From: Squalus acanthias
Taxonomy: Eukaryota
Assembly (NCBI GenBank): GCA_030390025.1
Contig: CM059425.1
Coordinates: 172,176,001 to 172,240,000, forward strand
Length of the DNA: 64,000 nt
Reading direction: 5' to 3'
The position numbers and the translations under genes are program-made. Position 1 is the stretch's first letter, and the number at the start of each line of letters is the position of its first letter. Positions 37,620 to 51,052 of the stretch are shown here, piece by piece. The notes below the pieces were generated by a model. The model did not search any database, was not told the DNA's origin, and saw only the letters and a list, made by a program, of their open reading frames with translations.

Positions 37620-40600
37620 CGCTATTGGGCCTCATTTTCCTTTGCCAAAGCTACCCACAATTCCAGGATCATCTTGGAGAACAAAAATAACCCTGGCTTT
37701 TCTGTGCCACCAACTGTTTCCTTAAACCCCTTTTTGCACCCCACCCCCACTGACATGGAAACTATTCATTCTCTTTGACCCTGAGCAGAGATTCTGATCC
37801 TACATCCTTTCCATCACATAGACCGCCTACTTCACATCGCCTGCCTCCACCTCTACCTTAGCCCACCTACGGCTGAAACTCACATCCATATCTTTGTCAC
37901 TTCCAGACTCTCTAATTCCAATTGCTCTCCTGATCGTCCTCCCATTTTCCACCCTCTGTAAACGTTAACTCATCATCTGCTCTGCTGCGTGTATCTTATA
38001 ACACACCAAATCCGACTCACCCATCACCCCTGTCCCTTACCACTGCACTTTCTAATTCCCAACTATCTAGTCTTTGGCCGATGATTCTTTGAGATTTCTG
38101 GAGCTACTGAATTGCTAAATCACACCTTCTCCACCACCATTGATGCCCTTGTCCCCACTAAAATCATTACACTCCCTCATACTAGTCATTCCCTCAGTAT
38201 ACCGCTCACCTTCACTCCCTTCAGTCCAAGGGACAGAGACTTGAACATCTTTGGTGGGCAACTATACTAACCATACATCACCAGATATGGCTAGAACATA
38301 TAAAGCATTATCAGGTCCTGCTCTCGATTGCTAAAAATGCCCACTATTCTAAGATCATCCAACAAGCTAAAGATAACACCAGGCTTCTCTTCTCCACCAT
38401 GAACTGTCTTCTCAAACCACCCTCCCCTGGCTCCTCCTCCTTCCCACCAACAATAAATGCGAGGAGCTCATGGATTTTTTTTGTTAAAAAGATCGAGAAC
38501 ATCCGTTCAACTGCCTCTGCTACTTCCCTTCCTTCCCCTAGCCCACCGGCCTTACATTAGAACATAAGAACATAAGAAATAGGAGCAGGAGTAGACCAAT
38601 CGGCCCCTCGAGCCTGCTCCGCCATTCAATGAGATCATGGCTGATCTGATCCAACCTCAACTCTAAAGAACACAAGAAGCAGGAGCAGGACCAGGCCACT
38701 CAGCTCCGCCACCCACAGGGCCTTGACCGATCCGAACTCAAACTCATGTCCAATTTCCAGCCCGCTCCCCGTAACCCCTGATTCCCTTTACTTCTAGGAA
38801 ACGGTCTATTTCTGTTTTAAATTTATTTAATGAAATAGCTTCCACAGCTTCCTGGGGTAGCAAATTCCACAGACCCACTACCCTCTGAGTGAAAAAGTTT
38901 CTCCTCATCTCAGTTTTGAAAGAGCAGCCCCTTATTCTAAGATTATGTCCCCTAGTTCTAGTTTCACCTATCATTGGGAACATCCTCACCGCGTCCACCC
39001 GATCAAGCCCCTTCACAATCTTATATGTTTCAATAAGATCGCCTCTCATTCTTCTGAACTCCAATGAGTAGAGTCCCAATCTACTCAACCTCTCCTCGTA
39101 TGTCCACCCCCTCATCCCCGGAATTAACCGAGTGAACCTTCTTTGTACTGCCTCGAGAGCAAGTATGTCTTTTCTTAAGTATGGACACCAAAACTGTATG
39201 CAGTACTCCAGGTGCGGTCTCACCAATACCCTATACAACTGCAGCAATACCTCCCTGTTTTTATATTCTATCCCCCTAGCAATAAAAGCCAACATTCCAT
39301 TGGCTTTCTTGATCACCTGCTGCACCTGCATACTAACTTTTTGATTTTCTTGCACCAAGACCCCCAGATCCCTTTGTACTGCAGTACTTTCCAGTTTCTC
39401 GCCATTAAGATAATAACTTGCTCTCTGATTTTTCCTGCCAAAGTGCATAACCTCACATTTTCCAATATTGTATTGCATCTGCCAAATCTCTGCCCACTCT
39501 CCCAGCCTGTCTATATCCCCTTGTAGGTTTTTTATGTCCTCCTCACTCTCTACTTTCCCTCCCATCTTTGTATCATCTGCAAACTTTGATATGTTACACT
39601 CGGTCCCCTCCTCCAAATCGTTAATATAGATTGTAAAGAGTTGGGGACCCAGCACCGACCCCTGCGGAACACCACTGGCTACTGGTTGCCAGTCCGAGAA
39701 TGAACCATTTATCCCAACTCTCTGCTTCCTGTTAGATAACCAATCCTCCACCCATGCCAGAATATTACCCCCAATCCAGTGATTTTTTATCTTGAGTAAT
39801 AATCTTTTATGTGGCACCTTGTCGAATGCCTTCTGGAAGTCTAAATACACTACATCCACTGGTTCCCCTTTATCCACCCTGTACGTTACTTCCTCTCTGT
39901 TTTCCCCTGCCCGAACCCTAAATTTGCATATTTCTCTAGAATCTCTCCTTTCTCCCGTCTTGCCCTTTCAAAGCTCATCTTGTCTCTGAGACTGATCTCT
40001 TGCTCTCTCGACCCTATTCCTATTAAAATTGCTGACCACCCAACTTCCCTTCCTGGCTTCCATGTTAGTGGATATTGTTTACAGGCTCTCTTGCCTCAGG
40101 TATTGTCCCCCTCCTTCAGATCTGCTGTCATCACCCCTCTCAATAAAACCAACTCTTGACCCCCTCTGTCCTTGCAAACTATCATCCCATCTCCAATCTC
40201 CCTTTCCTCCCAAGTTCTTGAATGTGTTGTCACTTCCCAAATCCATGCCCATCTTTCTCAGAACTCCTTATTTGAATCCATCCAAATCCAGCTTCTGCCC
40301 CTGCCACAGTTCCAAAACGGCTCTTACCAAGGTCACAAATTACATCCTAATTGACTGTGACAAAGATAAACTATCCCCTCTTGTCCTTCTCGACCTGTCT
40401 GCAGCCTTTGACCGCAAAATTCTACTCCATCGCCTATCCACTGTCATCCAGCTGGGTGGGACTGCACCAGTGGATGTAGTGTATGGCTATCTTTCCAGCC
40501 ATAGCCATAGAACAACCTGCAGTGGCTTCTCTTCGCGACCCACGCAGTCACCTCTGGTGTCCCCCAGTGATGTATCCTTGGCCCCCTCCTGCTTCTCATC

Positions 40601-41615
40601 TACATGCTGCCCCTCAGTGACCTCATGTGGCAACACAGCGTGAGTTTTCACATGTACGCTGATGATACCCAGCTCTACCTCTCCTCCACCTCTTTCGAAC
40701 CCTCGCCTGTCTCTATACTGTCAGACTGCTAGTCCGACATCCAGCACAGGACGAGTAGAAACTTCCTCCAGTTAAATGTCAGGAAGACTGAAGCCATTAT
40801 CTTCGGTTGACGCCACAAACTCCATTCCTTTCCCACTGATTTGATCCCTCTCCCTGGCAACTGTCTGAGGCTGACCAAGTCTGTTCACTACCTTGGTGTC
40901 ATATTTGATCACGAATTGAGCTTCCTACCTCATATCTGTTCCATCACTAAGACCGCCTATTTCCACCTTCATAACATCGCCCATCTCCAACCTTGCCTCA
41001 ACTTATCTGCTGCCGAAACTCTCATCCATGTCGTTATTACCTCTAGACTTGACTATTCCAACACACTCGTGGCCGGCCTCCCTGTTCTACCCTCCATAAA
41101 CTTGAGGTCATCCAAAACACTGCCACCTGTGTCCTAACTCGTACAAGTCTCGCTCACCCATCTCCCCTGTGCTCGCTGACCTACATTGGCTCCTAGTTAA
41201 GCAACGCCTCAATTTTAAAATTCTCATCCTTGTTTTCAATTCCTTCTGTGGCCTCACCCCTCCTTATCTCTGTAATCTCCTCCAGCCCTATAATCCCCCT
41301 AGATGTCTGCGCTGCACCTATTCTGGCCTTTTAAACATTCCTGATTTTAATTGCTCCACCATTGACGAACATGCCTTCAGCTGCCAAGGCCCTAAGCTCT
41401 GGAATTCCTCTCTAAATCTCTCCGCTTCTCGACCTCTTTTTCCTCCTTTTAAGATGCTTCTTAAAACCTACCTCTTTGACCAAGCTTTTGGTCATCTGGT
41501 CTAACATCTCCTTATAAGGCTCAGTGTCAATTTTATTTTGTTAACGCCTCTTGTTAAGTGCCTTGAGTCGATCTATTATGTTAAAGATGCTATATAAATA
41601 TAAGTTGTTGTTGTC
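37620..41615 (+). mobile_element. L2 LINE remnants (main copy split by the CR1 at 38560-39890)
   Basis: LVLLDLSAAFD, HMYADDTQLY, LGVIFD, SRLDYSN and LHWLLVKQRLNFKI; tail GCTATATAAATATAAGTTGTTGTTG at about 41590-41613. Confidence 0.9.
38560..39890 (-). mobile_element. Young CR1 LINE, 5'-truncated, uninterrupted 377-aa RT/C-terminal ORF
   Basis: ORF 38744-39877 has YLDFQKAFDKVPH, GVPQGSVLGP and FADD with no stops; (TTCTTATG)n-type tail. Confidence 0.96.
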
Positions 41616-41954
41616 ACTGCTGACCTATATTACTGACAGTCCCCCAACACCTGAAATTTTAAATTCTCATTCTAAAACCAAGTCAACGAGTTAGTTGTGA
41701 TTGAAGCAGCCAGGACTGCTTCATTGTGCATGTGTTCTAGAGGTAGTGCGGTTAATTTTAACTTTTATTGATGGGTGTAAAATGGGTGACAGCTAATCGA
41801 CATCTTCTACCCTGCCTGATTTTCTTTTGCATTGTGAAATTGCTCGGCGACTTAAAGTTTAAAATTACCCCATGTCTGCCATTATCTCTTCATCTGAGAA
41901 ATTTGATATGGAGGTGTTGGGGATACATTTATTCTTAAAACTTTTTGTACTAAT

Positions 41955-43913
41955 GGGCCAGATTTTGCTGTCAAAATGTTGTTCGCTGTTATTTATACGT
42001 AACCAGTACAGCAACGTCAGGCAAGGGGCAGATGCGCGGTTAAATGCGAATATCCAAAAGCTGTTGCCCAAGTTGTGCCGCTCTGCCATTAGCTTCTGAA
42101 ACAGCATTTCGCTGACTGCCTTACCATCAACATGTATTTAATGTCGTGAAGTTGCTGTATTTGGGCTAGTCGTCTTCTTAGGTAGTCCCTCGGAACCGAG
42201 GATGACTTGCTTCCACACTAAAAATGAGTTTTCAGGTGACTGATGTGTCCAATGCGGGACCTACAGTCTCTGTCACAGGTGGGGCAGACGGTGGTTGAAG
42301 GGGCGGGTGGGTGGGGTGCTTGGGTTGACGTGCGCTCCTTCCGCTGTTTGCGCTTGGCTTCCGCTTGCTCCCGGCGAAGAGACTCGAGGTGTTCGGCGCC
42401 TTCCCGATGATTCTCCTCCACTTTGTGCGGTCTTGGGCCAGGGATTCCCAGGTGTCGGTGGGGATGTTGCACTTTTTCAAGGAGGCTTTGAGGGTGTCCT
42501 TGAAGCGTTTTCCTCTGCCCACCTCGGGCGCTCATACCGTGTCGGAGCTCCGAGTGGAGCGCTTGTTTTGGGAGTCTCGTATTGGGTATGCGGACGATGT
42601 GACCCGTCCATCGGAGCTGATCGAGCGTGGTCAAAGCTTCGATGCTGGGGATGTTGGCCTGAGCGAGAACACTGACGTTGGTGTGCCTATCCTGCCAATT
42701 TGGGCTCGTAACAGAAGCGTAATTATCCTTTTAACAATGTGATAAGTTTAAATGACTGCCAATCAATATCTCTGGCATCGACAATTCACTGTTATAAATG
42801 TGGAGTCTCATTCTTTCAGGTTGTTAATTGTTTTAGGAGTTTTTAAAAATGTCCAATTTTAAATTTGAAATGTTCTTTTTCTTTTCTGTCCCTCTCTTTT
42901 CTCTCTCTCTTAATCCAGTCTTTCTTTCCATCTTTATTTCTCTCTGCACCTGATTTGACATTGGCTGAGGTTTGGCTGTAGTAAGGCATGTAATGGCACA
43001 AGTTAGTTAGACTTGTATGTGCACCTTTTAGGTTTTAAAATGTTTTGCATTGCAAGTTGCATAAAATGTGAGCTGATAATGTTGCAGCGAGGGAAGCAGG
43101 ACATCTGGGACCTGAGTGAACAGGTTATATCTCCTTAACTAATCAGATTGAAAGATTGAGAAATAAACAGAAGGACTGAGAAGGAAGTGTAAATTAGAGT
43201 GGATGAATTCAATGTCAAATCAGTTACAGGAAGAGAAATAGAGAGGGAAAGAAAGATTGGATTAAGAGTGCGAGAGAAAAAAGCGGAAAGTAAAAAACAA
43301 AATGTTTTTTTTTAATTTTGACTTGAAGTCTCCACACGTAGTAGTTTTCAGTGCCAGAGAAGTTGATTGGCAGTAATGAACAGTTATCACGTCGTTAAAA
43401 AGGTACTTGCGTTTGTAATGACGAGATTTAAGTTTTTGTGGTGAGTTTCATTCATATCTACGGCGCAAATACAGCAAATTTGACATTCAGTGCATGTGAA
43501 TGATGAGGCAGACAGCGAAATGCTGTTTTTGCGGAGCAACTTTTGGATATTGGCATTTAACCACGCATCTGCTCCTTGCCTGAAGTTGCTGTTCCATATA
43601 CGCGTCAATAATGACGAGTGCCATTAGCCTCACCGTTATTTTGACAGCAAAATCTGGCCTGTTGAATTCACCTCCTTTAATTCGCCCTCATTCTCAGTCC
43701 TTCTGTTGTTTATTTCCCAATCCTTAAATCTCATTGGTTAAGCAGATACACAGATGCTTGCCTTGTTCACTCAGGTCCTAGCTGCCCTGTTTCCCTCACT
43801 GCGCCATTATCAGCTCGCACTTTCAGCAAAAATGTTTTGAGCTGAAGGGTGCGGGGGCAAGTTTAATTAACGGCAGATGCCGGTAGATGTTCTCCTGCAG
43901 CAAAATCTGGCCC
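41955..43913. mobile_element. Harbinger-like MITE (M2) hosting an RTE and an inverted copy of its own family
   Basis: Perfect 16-bp TIRs GGGCCAGATTTTGCTG and 3-bp TSD AAT/AAT. Inner inverted copy at about 42963-43660. Confidence 0.88.
42168..42697 (-). mobile_element. RTE-clade LINE 3' fragment
   Basis: QLRWTGHIVRIPNTRLPKQAL...KRFKDTLKASLK...WESLAQDR and C2H2-like CPTCDRDCRSRIGHISHLKTH. TSD ATTTGGGCT (42159-42167 / 42698-42706). Confidence 0.92.
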
Positions 43914-44089
43914 AATGTATTTCTTAAATTAATTGAGTTATCAGATGTTTTTTGCAACTGGTTTAATTTAGCTTTGCACATAATTAAACTGTAATATAGT
44001 AGATGTAGCAATGTTTAAGGAATATGGATACAGATAAATCAAAGTTAGCAGCAGCTAGTGACCCAGAATTTACGGGGCCTATGATGGCA

Positions 44090-45438
44090 TACATAAGACG
44101 TAGGAGCAGGAGTAGGTCATTTGACCCTTCGAGCCTGCTCCGCAATTCAATAAGATCATGGCTGATCTGATCTTGGCCTCAACTCCACTTCCCTGCCCGC
44201 TCCCCATAACCCTTGACTCCCTTACCTTTCAAAAATCTGTCTATCTCCACCTTAAATATATTCAATAACCCAGCCTCCACAGCACTCTGGGGAAGAGAAT
44301 TCCAAAGATTCATGACCCTCTGAGAGAAGAAATTCCTCCTCATTTCCGATTTAAAAGGGTTTCCCCTTATTCTGAAATTATGCCCCCTAGTTCGAGATTC
44401 CCCCACGAGGGGAAACATCCTCTCTGCATCTACCCTGTCAAGCCCCTTCAGAATCTTATATGTTTCAATAAGATCCCCTCTCATTCTTCTAAACTCCAAT
44501 GAGTATAGGCCCAACCTGTTCAACCTTTCTTCATAAGACAACCCCTTCATCTCCGGAATCAACCTCGAGAACCTTCTCTGAACTGCCTCTAATGCAAGTT
44601 TATCCTTCTTTAAATAAGGAGACCAAAACTGTCCGCAGTACTCCAGGTGTGGTCTCACCAACGCCCTGTACAGTTGTAACAGAACTTCCCTGCTTTTATA
44701 CTCCATTCCCTTTGCAATAAAGGCCAACATGCCATTTGCCTTCCTAATTACTTGCTGTACCTGCATGCTAACTTTTTGTGATTCATGTACAAGGACCCCC
44801 AGATCCCTCTGTACCTCAGCATTTTGTAATCTCTCTCCATTTAAATAATAATTGGCTTTTTTATTTTTCCTACCAAAGTGGATAACCTCGCATTTTCCCA
44901 CATTAAACTCTATCTGCCAGATTTTTGCCCACTCACTTAGTCTATCTATATCCCTTTGGAGATTCTTTGCGTCCTCCACACAATTTGCTTTCCCACCTAT
45001 CTTTGTATCATCAGCAAATTTGGCTGCATTACACTCGGTCCTTTCATCCAAGTCATTAATATAGATTGTAAATAGTTGAGGACCCAGCACTGATCCCTGC
45101 GGCACCCACTGGTTACAGTTTGCCAACCTGGAAATTACCCATTTATCCCGACTCTCTGTTTTCTGTTCGTTAGCCAATCCTCTATCCATGCTAATATATT
45201 ACCCCCAACCCCCTGAGCTCTTATCTTGTGTAGTAACCTTTTATGTGGCATCTTATCGAATGCCTTCTGGAAATCCAAATACACGACATCTACTGGTTCC
45301 CCTTTATCCACCCTGCTCGTTACATTCTCAAAGAATTCCAGCAAATTTGTCAAACATGATTTCCCTTTCATAAAACCATGCTGACTCTGCTTGACTATAT
45401 TATGATTTTCTAAATGTCCTGCTACCACTTCCTTAATG
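44090..45438 (-). mobile_element. CR1 LINE 3' part
   Basis: ORFs 45135-45503 and 44179-45189 (QHGFMKGKSCLTNL, PQGSVLGP, FADD), joined by one frameshift. Confidence 0.95.
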
Positions 45439-45439
45439 A

Positions 45440-46175
45440 TGGATGCCGTCGTAAGTGCTATGAATGGCCCCGCAAGTTCCGGGTTTCTGCATGCGATGTG
45501 CATGCGCGAAAACCTGGAACTTGCGATCTGTCAAGTTTCTCCTTGACAGATTGTACGTGTCCACTGTAAATTCACTTTCACTCGGGTAGTGTTGGGCTAT
45601 TTGCCCAACGAATACCCCCAAAATCCTTGTGCCTTGTAAAAGCAGGCGTAAGCCCTTTTACCAGCGTTAGGGTTAAAATAAAGGTTAAAATAAATTTTTT
45701 TAATTGATTTAAACATTCACTTAAATTTAAAATTAGTTTAGGTAAACTTTGTCCCGTTTAAAAATGTTTAAATATATTTTTCAAAAAGTAAAATTTTTAT
45801 TTTAAATGTTTAATTAAAGGGTATTTTAATTAATTTTGAACCTGTGATCGTTTATTTTTATTTCAGTGTCGTGAAATGTTATTTATTAGGTGATTTCTAT
45901 TATGCTTATGGGGATTTCATACGTAAATGGAATTCCCCATAAGCATCATAGGAATCCCCCTTTGTCATTGGTTGGCCTGGCCCACAAGATCCCAGGGACG
46001 CTTGCGAACAGCATGCGGCCCTGGGACCCGTGGGCCTTTACACAGGCGTATGCCTGCAGGTCCAGGACCACGACCACAAGAGTCCGAAGCTCCGGAGACA
46101 CAAGGTAAGTACGTAGTTTTCTTGTGGTTCCGAGGCGTATGCGGGCAGCAAGCCTCTGACCGCAATTTCCAGGCC
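45440..46175. mobile_element. Harbinger-like MITE (M3); left end lost at the CR1 junction
   Basis: Hairpin CGCAAGTTCCGGGTTT...AAACCTGGAACTTGCG and terminus GCAATTTCCAGGCC. Homologous to 23261-23931. Confidence 0.75.
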
Positions 46176-47543
46176 AGTATTTCTTGTTTGCAGAGAATAG
46201 CAGAATGCATCAATTCTTTCTACAGCACAGGTGAAACATACTGACATTTCTACAGGTCAAAATACAGTACCAATCTGAATATTTCAGTTTATAGTCATGT
46301 TGAAAAATATCCATGAAAATTCCAACTTTTTAAACAAAATTTTGTCATACTTTACCCCAAAGTGCTTGATGCTACACTGGGTGGCTGAAATGGGAAAATC
46401 TCTATTCCGCTTTTCTAACATCACTTGATGAGCACAAAAAAAAATCAGGAATAAAGTCGGGGAAATCGAGGGTTCAGCCTGTCTGTGTTGCCGTGGTGTA
46501 AAAGCTCATCCGAATGTACATGTTGCTCAAACAATACCATCTGTGATAATGACAGACTGCAATATCAGACACGAATGTCAGTACAAAAAGAAATTTAATT
46601 TTTCACAATTTAGCTGCAGAGAATTATTGGGTATGGAACATCTTTCAGTTGAGGGATGGTTGACTGGTTTCAGGCATTTGAAGCATCCATTATACAACAA
46701 TTAGACGTTATTCTTGGGAGCCAAGGGTCAAGTGTTCCGTGGAGGGGTATGTTATATGCTCAACGTGTGGGCACTGCATATACTTCAGATAATATATGGG
46801 AAGTACTGTACGTGTGGTGAATGTCCACTGTAGTGCTGTGTTTTTAGAATATGACACTGCTTTAGTCTGCTGCAAAATCACGTTCTCCACTTGATACTTA
46901 TACTGATTTATATTTAGCCCCCAAGGTCTAAAAAGTTGTACAATGTACCAAATAGTTTGTGCTGTAAAATGCTTCAAACCTGAAATTAAAAAGCTAGCAC
47001 ATATTTATTTAAAAAATCTAAAGATTACCAGCTAAATTAAGGATTGAGAGTTATGATTCTCTGTTGTAGCCCTGAAAGAGTTAATTTGTTGATTGTTGGA
47101 AGATTCACTGCGTGTAAGTGGTATAAAACTGTAAAATATTTCTTTGGTCAGCTTTCTACCCCATCCACAAAAAGTTAAGAACTCTGTGTTTCACATGTAC
47201 TGGCTGCTGCCAAAATAGGAATGGCAAATCTGTCATTGTGTGAACAATAGTTGCTGATGTGTGTATATTTACACACCTCAAAGAATGACGAATTTAACTG
47301 CAGAAAAAAGCATCCTCCGCTCAAGTGAAAGGTGCACAGTTTGTAGTGTGAAACCTGAATTTAGAACAACATAGGTCATCACGCCAATTTCATCCCACCA
47401 TTCTAATAAATTCAGAAAATGAAAGTGGTTGGGAAACTGAAAAAGCATGAAAATTCTGTTTTACTTAAGTCATTACATAGAATTTACAGCACAGGAACAG
47501 GCCATTCAGCCCAACTTGGCTATACCGGTGTTTATGCTCTACA

Positions 47544-48261
47544 TAGGGTTGCCAGCTCTGGTTGGAGGCATTCCTGGAGATTTAATCACGTGACCTTCTG
47601 ACCACGTGACATTCGACCATGTGATGCTTGATTACGTGACATTAATAAATAAGGAATTCAATCCCCAGAACACATACTTTAGAGTCCTGGTTGGAGCTTG
47701 GTGGGGAAGAGGCGACACTGAGGAGACCCACCTATTTCAGAGACCCGCATGACACCATGAACATACCAGGAATACACACCAAGAGCTGACCATCTTGGTG
47801 TCTGATTTCCATTTTAGACAATTTTAAGCAGTGCTCACAGAAAGAATGTCCAGTCCAAAAGCTGACCGTTGCCGACCAGACCCGATCGGGGAGTTCGGAG
47901 AGCAGAGCTTGATGTCTGAATCTCAGTGATTGAATCCACACACAGCAGCCTGCTGTTGCCTCTGATTACATCTCTATAATAATGTTGCATTAGCAGGGGT
48001 CGGCTGCACAAGTCCACAAAAACAACAGTGAGTTGACCCTCTGGGTCACACCAAGAATCCCCAATTGCTGAGATATGATTTCCAGCTCCCTCCTGACTGC
48101 ACTACACGTGGTCCCGGCTCTCTGTGGGTGAGGTTGCGGTGGGCTGCACTGCGGCTTGAAATATCAATTTCTGATCTCCCAAACTTCTAGCGATAGCGCT
48201 CAGGGGTGGGACCCCTTATTCCAAGAAACTCCCGGTCATTAAGGGAGGGTTGGGAACCCTA
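47544..48261. mobile_element. Non-autonomous hAT-like element inserted in a CR1-type 3' UTR fragment
   Basis: TIRs TAGGGTTGCCA / TGGGAACCCTA. Perfect 8-bp TSD GCTCTACA (47536-47543 / 48262-48269). Related left-end fragment at about 32063-32140. Confidence 0.87.
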
Positions 48262-49364
48262 GCTCTACACAAGCCTTCTCCCACCCTACGTCATCGAACC
48301 CTATCAGCATAACCAACTATTCCTTTCTCCCTCATGTACTTGCCTTGATTCCACTTATATGCATCACAAAAAGTCTTCTGTGACCACCAAAGCAAGTCAG
48401 TAAGGAAGCTCAGTACTTCAAAAGATGAATGCAGCTGGCCCCCTTGCACAATCAAAGCTGTACAATCAATCACAGATGTTGCTGAAATGTTTAATGTTAT
48501 ACATTTCCTTGTTAAGGAAGGCATTGCTATGCCACTCAACACTTATTGGCTACAGATGATGAACAATGAGTGGTGGAGCATACCAAGGGAAAGAAAGCAT
48601 CAAGGAATGCCAACTAATTGAGCTACACAGTTAAAGAAATAGAAGTTGCATTTTTATGGGAAGATCTGTTTGATGATTCTTGTATTATATCTGCAGCTTT
48701 GCCAATGAGCTTGTTCATTGTTCAAACACCAAATAAATACTAATTGTTTTCCGATATTGAAGTCAAATGAAATCCGTGGAGTCACTGCTGCAGTTATTTG
48801 CTCTCTGTGGGGGAAGCTTTTGTCTGTATGCCACATGCAACAAAATCGTAAAGACATTCCTTATAAACAGTTTTACAATTTTATTACACATGGGGGAATA
48901 TTTGTGTATTGTCCAGATTTGGCTACAGCTTAATGTTTCAAATGGCACTGCCACATTTTCAGTAACTGAAATATTGTTATTGTCTACAGTGAAATGGCCT
49001 GTGAACCCTTGTAGGAAATTGAATTTCAGCTGGTGATTACTCACTTAGAATCATTCACTTAATGCACGGCAATGGAAAGCAAGAATCATTTTGTTCATGA
49101 GGCTCCACTGCGAATGTAGTGATCTAAGCTTGTCAGGTGTGATTCAACCACTGGAATAGTCACCGGATCTGTTGATTCAAGTACTTCATGGGCAATAAGG
49201 GTGCAGTGAAGAAAACTAAGAATTTGCATTCATATCGCACCTTTTCGATGTTGACTTCAAAACCAACAGATTACATTTTAAAGTGCAGTCACTATTACAT
49301 AGGCAAATGCAGCACCCAAGTTGCACACAGCAAGATCCCACAAACAGCAAATGAGATTCGTAGA

Positions 49365-51052
49365 ATCAGAATGATAAAGCACAGAAGGAAGCCATTCGGC
49401 CCATCATGCCTGTGCCAGTTTTTTGAAAGAGCTATCCAATTAGTCCAACTTCTCTGCTCTTTCCCCATAGCCTTGTAAATGTTTCCCCTTCAAATATTTA
49501 TTCAATTCCCTTTTGAAAGTTACTATTGAATCTGCTTCCACCACCCTTTCAGGCAGTGCATTCCAGATCCTAACCCCTCGCTGCATAATTTTTTTTCCCC
49601 TCGTGTCGCCTCTCGTTCTTTTGCCAATTAGCTTAAATCAGTGTCCACTGGTTACTGACCTTTTTGCCACTGGAAACAGTTCTTTCTTATTTACTCTACC
49701 CAAACCATTCATGATTTTGAACACCTCCTATTAAATCTCCCCTTAACCTTCTTTGCTTCTCAGGAGAAAATCCCAGCTTCTCCAGTCTATCCACATAACT
49801 GAATTCCCTCACCCCTGGTACCGTTCTAGTAAATCTCCTCTGCACCCTCTCCAAGGCCTTGACATCCTTCCTAATGTGTAGTGTCCAGAATTGACCACAA
49901 TACTCCAGCTGAGGCTTAACCAGTGTTTTATAAAGGTTTAGCATAACTTCCTTGCTTTTGTACTCTCTTCCTCTATTTATAAAATCAAGGAGCCCATATG
50001 CATTTTTAACAGCCTTCTCAACTTGTCCTGCCACCTTCAAAGATTTGTGTACACACACCCCTAGGTCTCTCTGTTCCTGCACCCTCTTTAAAATTGTACC
50101 ATTTAGTTTATAGAAACATAGAAACATAGAATCTAGGAGCAGGAGTAGGCCATTCGGCCCGTCGAGCCTGCTCCACCATTCAATACGATCATGGCTGATC
50201 ATCCAAATCCAGTACCCTGTCCCTGCTTTAATCCCCACAGTACACACATCCCACCCGACCCCCGTAACCCCACGTATTTAATTCCCCCTAACATATCCCA
50301 TCCTATCCCCACATATTTAATCCCCCCCTAACACTAAGGGTCAATTTATCATAGCCAAATCAACCTAACCCACACATTTTTGGACTGTGGGAGGAAACCG
50401 GAGCACCCGGAGGAAACCCACGCAGACACGGGGAGAATGTGCAAACTCCACACAGACAGTCACCCGAGGTCAGATTCGAACCCGGGTCTCTGGCGCTGTG
50501 AGACACCAGTGCTAACCACTATGCCACCGTGTTGCCCAAACGCCTTTTGAAAGTCCATGTACGCAACAACACCTGCACTACCCTCATCAACCTATTCCAT
50601 TACTTTATATTGCCTCTATACCAAAATGAATCATTTCACACTGCTCTGTGTTAAATATCATCTGCCATGTGACTGCCGTTTCACCAGTCTGTCTATGACC
50701 GCCTGAAGTTTGTTACTATCCTGCTCACTGTTTACTACATTTGTGTTTCGTGTCACCTGCAAACTTTGAAATTATGCCCTGTATACCCAAGTCCACGTCA
50801 ATATATATGAAAAAGAGCAGTGGTCCTAATACCGAGCCCCAGCGGATACCACTATCTACTTCTGTCCAGTCTAAAAACTACAACCATTCACCACTACTCT
50901 CTGCTTTTGTATCCACACTGCCACTGCCTCTTTCATCTCATGGGTTTCAATTTTACTAACAAGTTCATTATGTGGCACTTTATCAAACGCCTTTTGAAAG
51001 TCCATGTACGCAACAACACCTGCACTACCCTCATCAACCTATTCCATTACTT
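49365..51052 (-). mobile_element. CR1 3' part split by a V-SINE
   Basis: ORF 49696-50247 (QRDLGVCVHKSLK, LYKTLVKPQLEYC) continues beyond 50604. Confidence 0.9.
50112..50537 (-). mobile_element. HE1-like V-SINE (tRNA head, V-domain, CR1-derived tail)
   Basis: Reverse strand: GGGCAACACGGTGGCATAGTGG...GGTTCGAATC A/B boxes; V-domain GTGTGGAGTTTGCACATTCTCCCCGTGTCTGCGTGGGTTTCCTCCGGGTGCTCCGGTTTCCTCCCACAGTCCAAAA; CR1 tail (CTATGTTT)n. Confidence 0.92.

Noticed and set aside
50460..50537. tRNA-like A/B boxes (also at about 24540-24610 and 16505-16560)
   Set aside because: These are SINE heads fused to SINE bodies, not tRNA genes.
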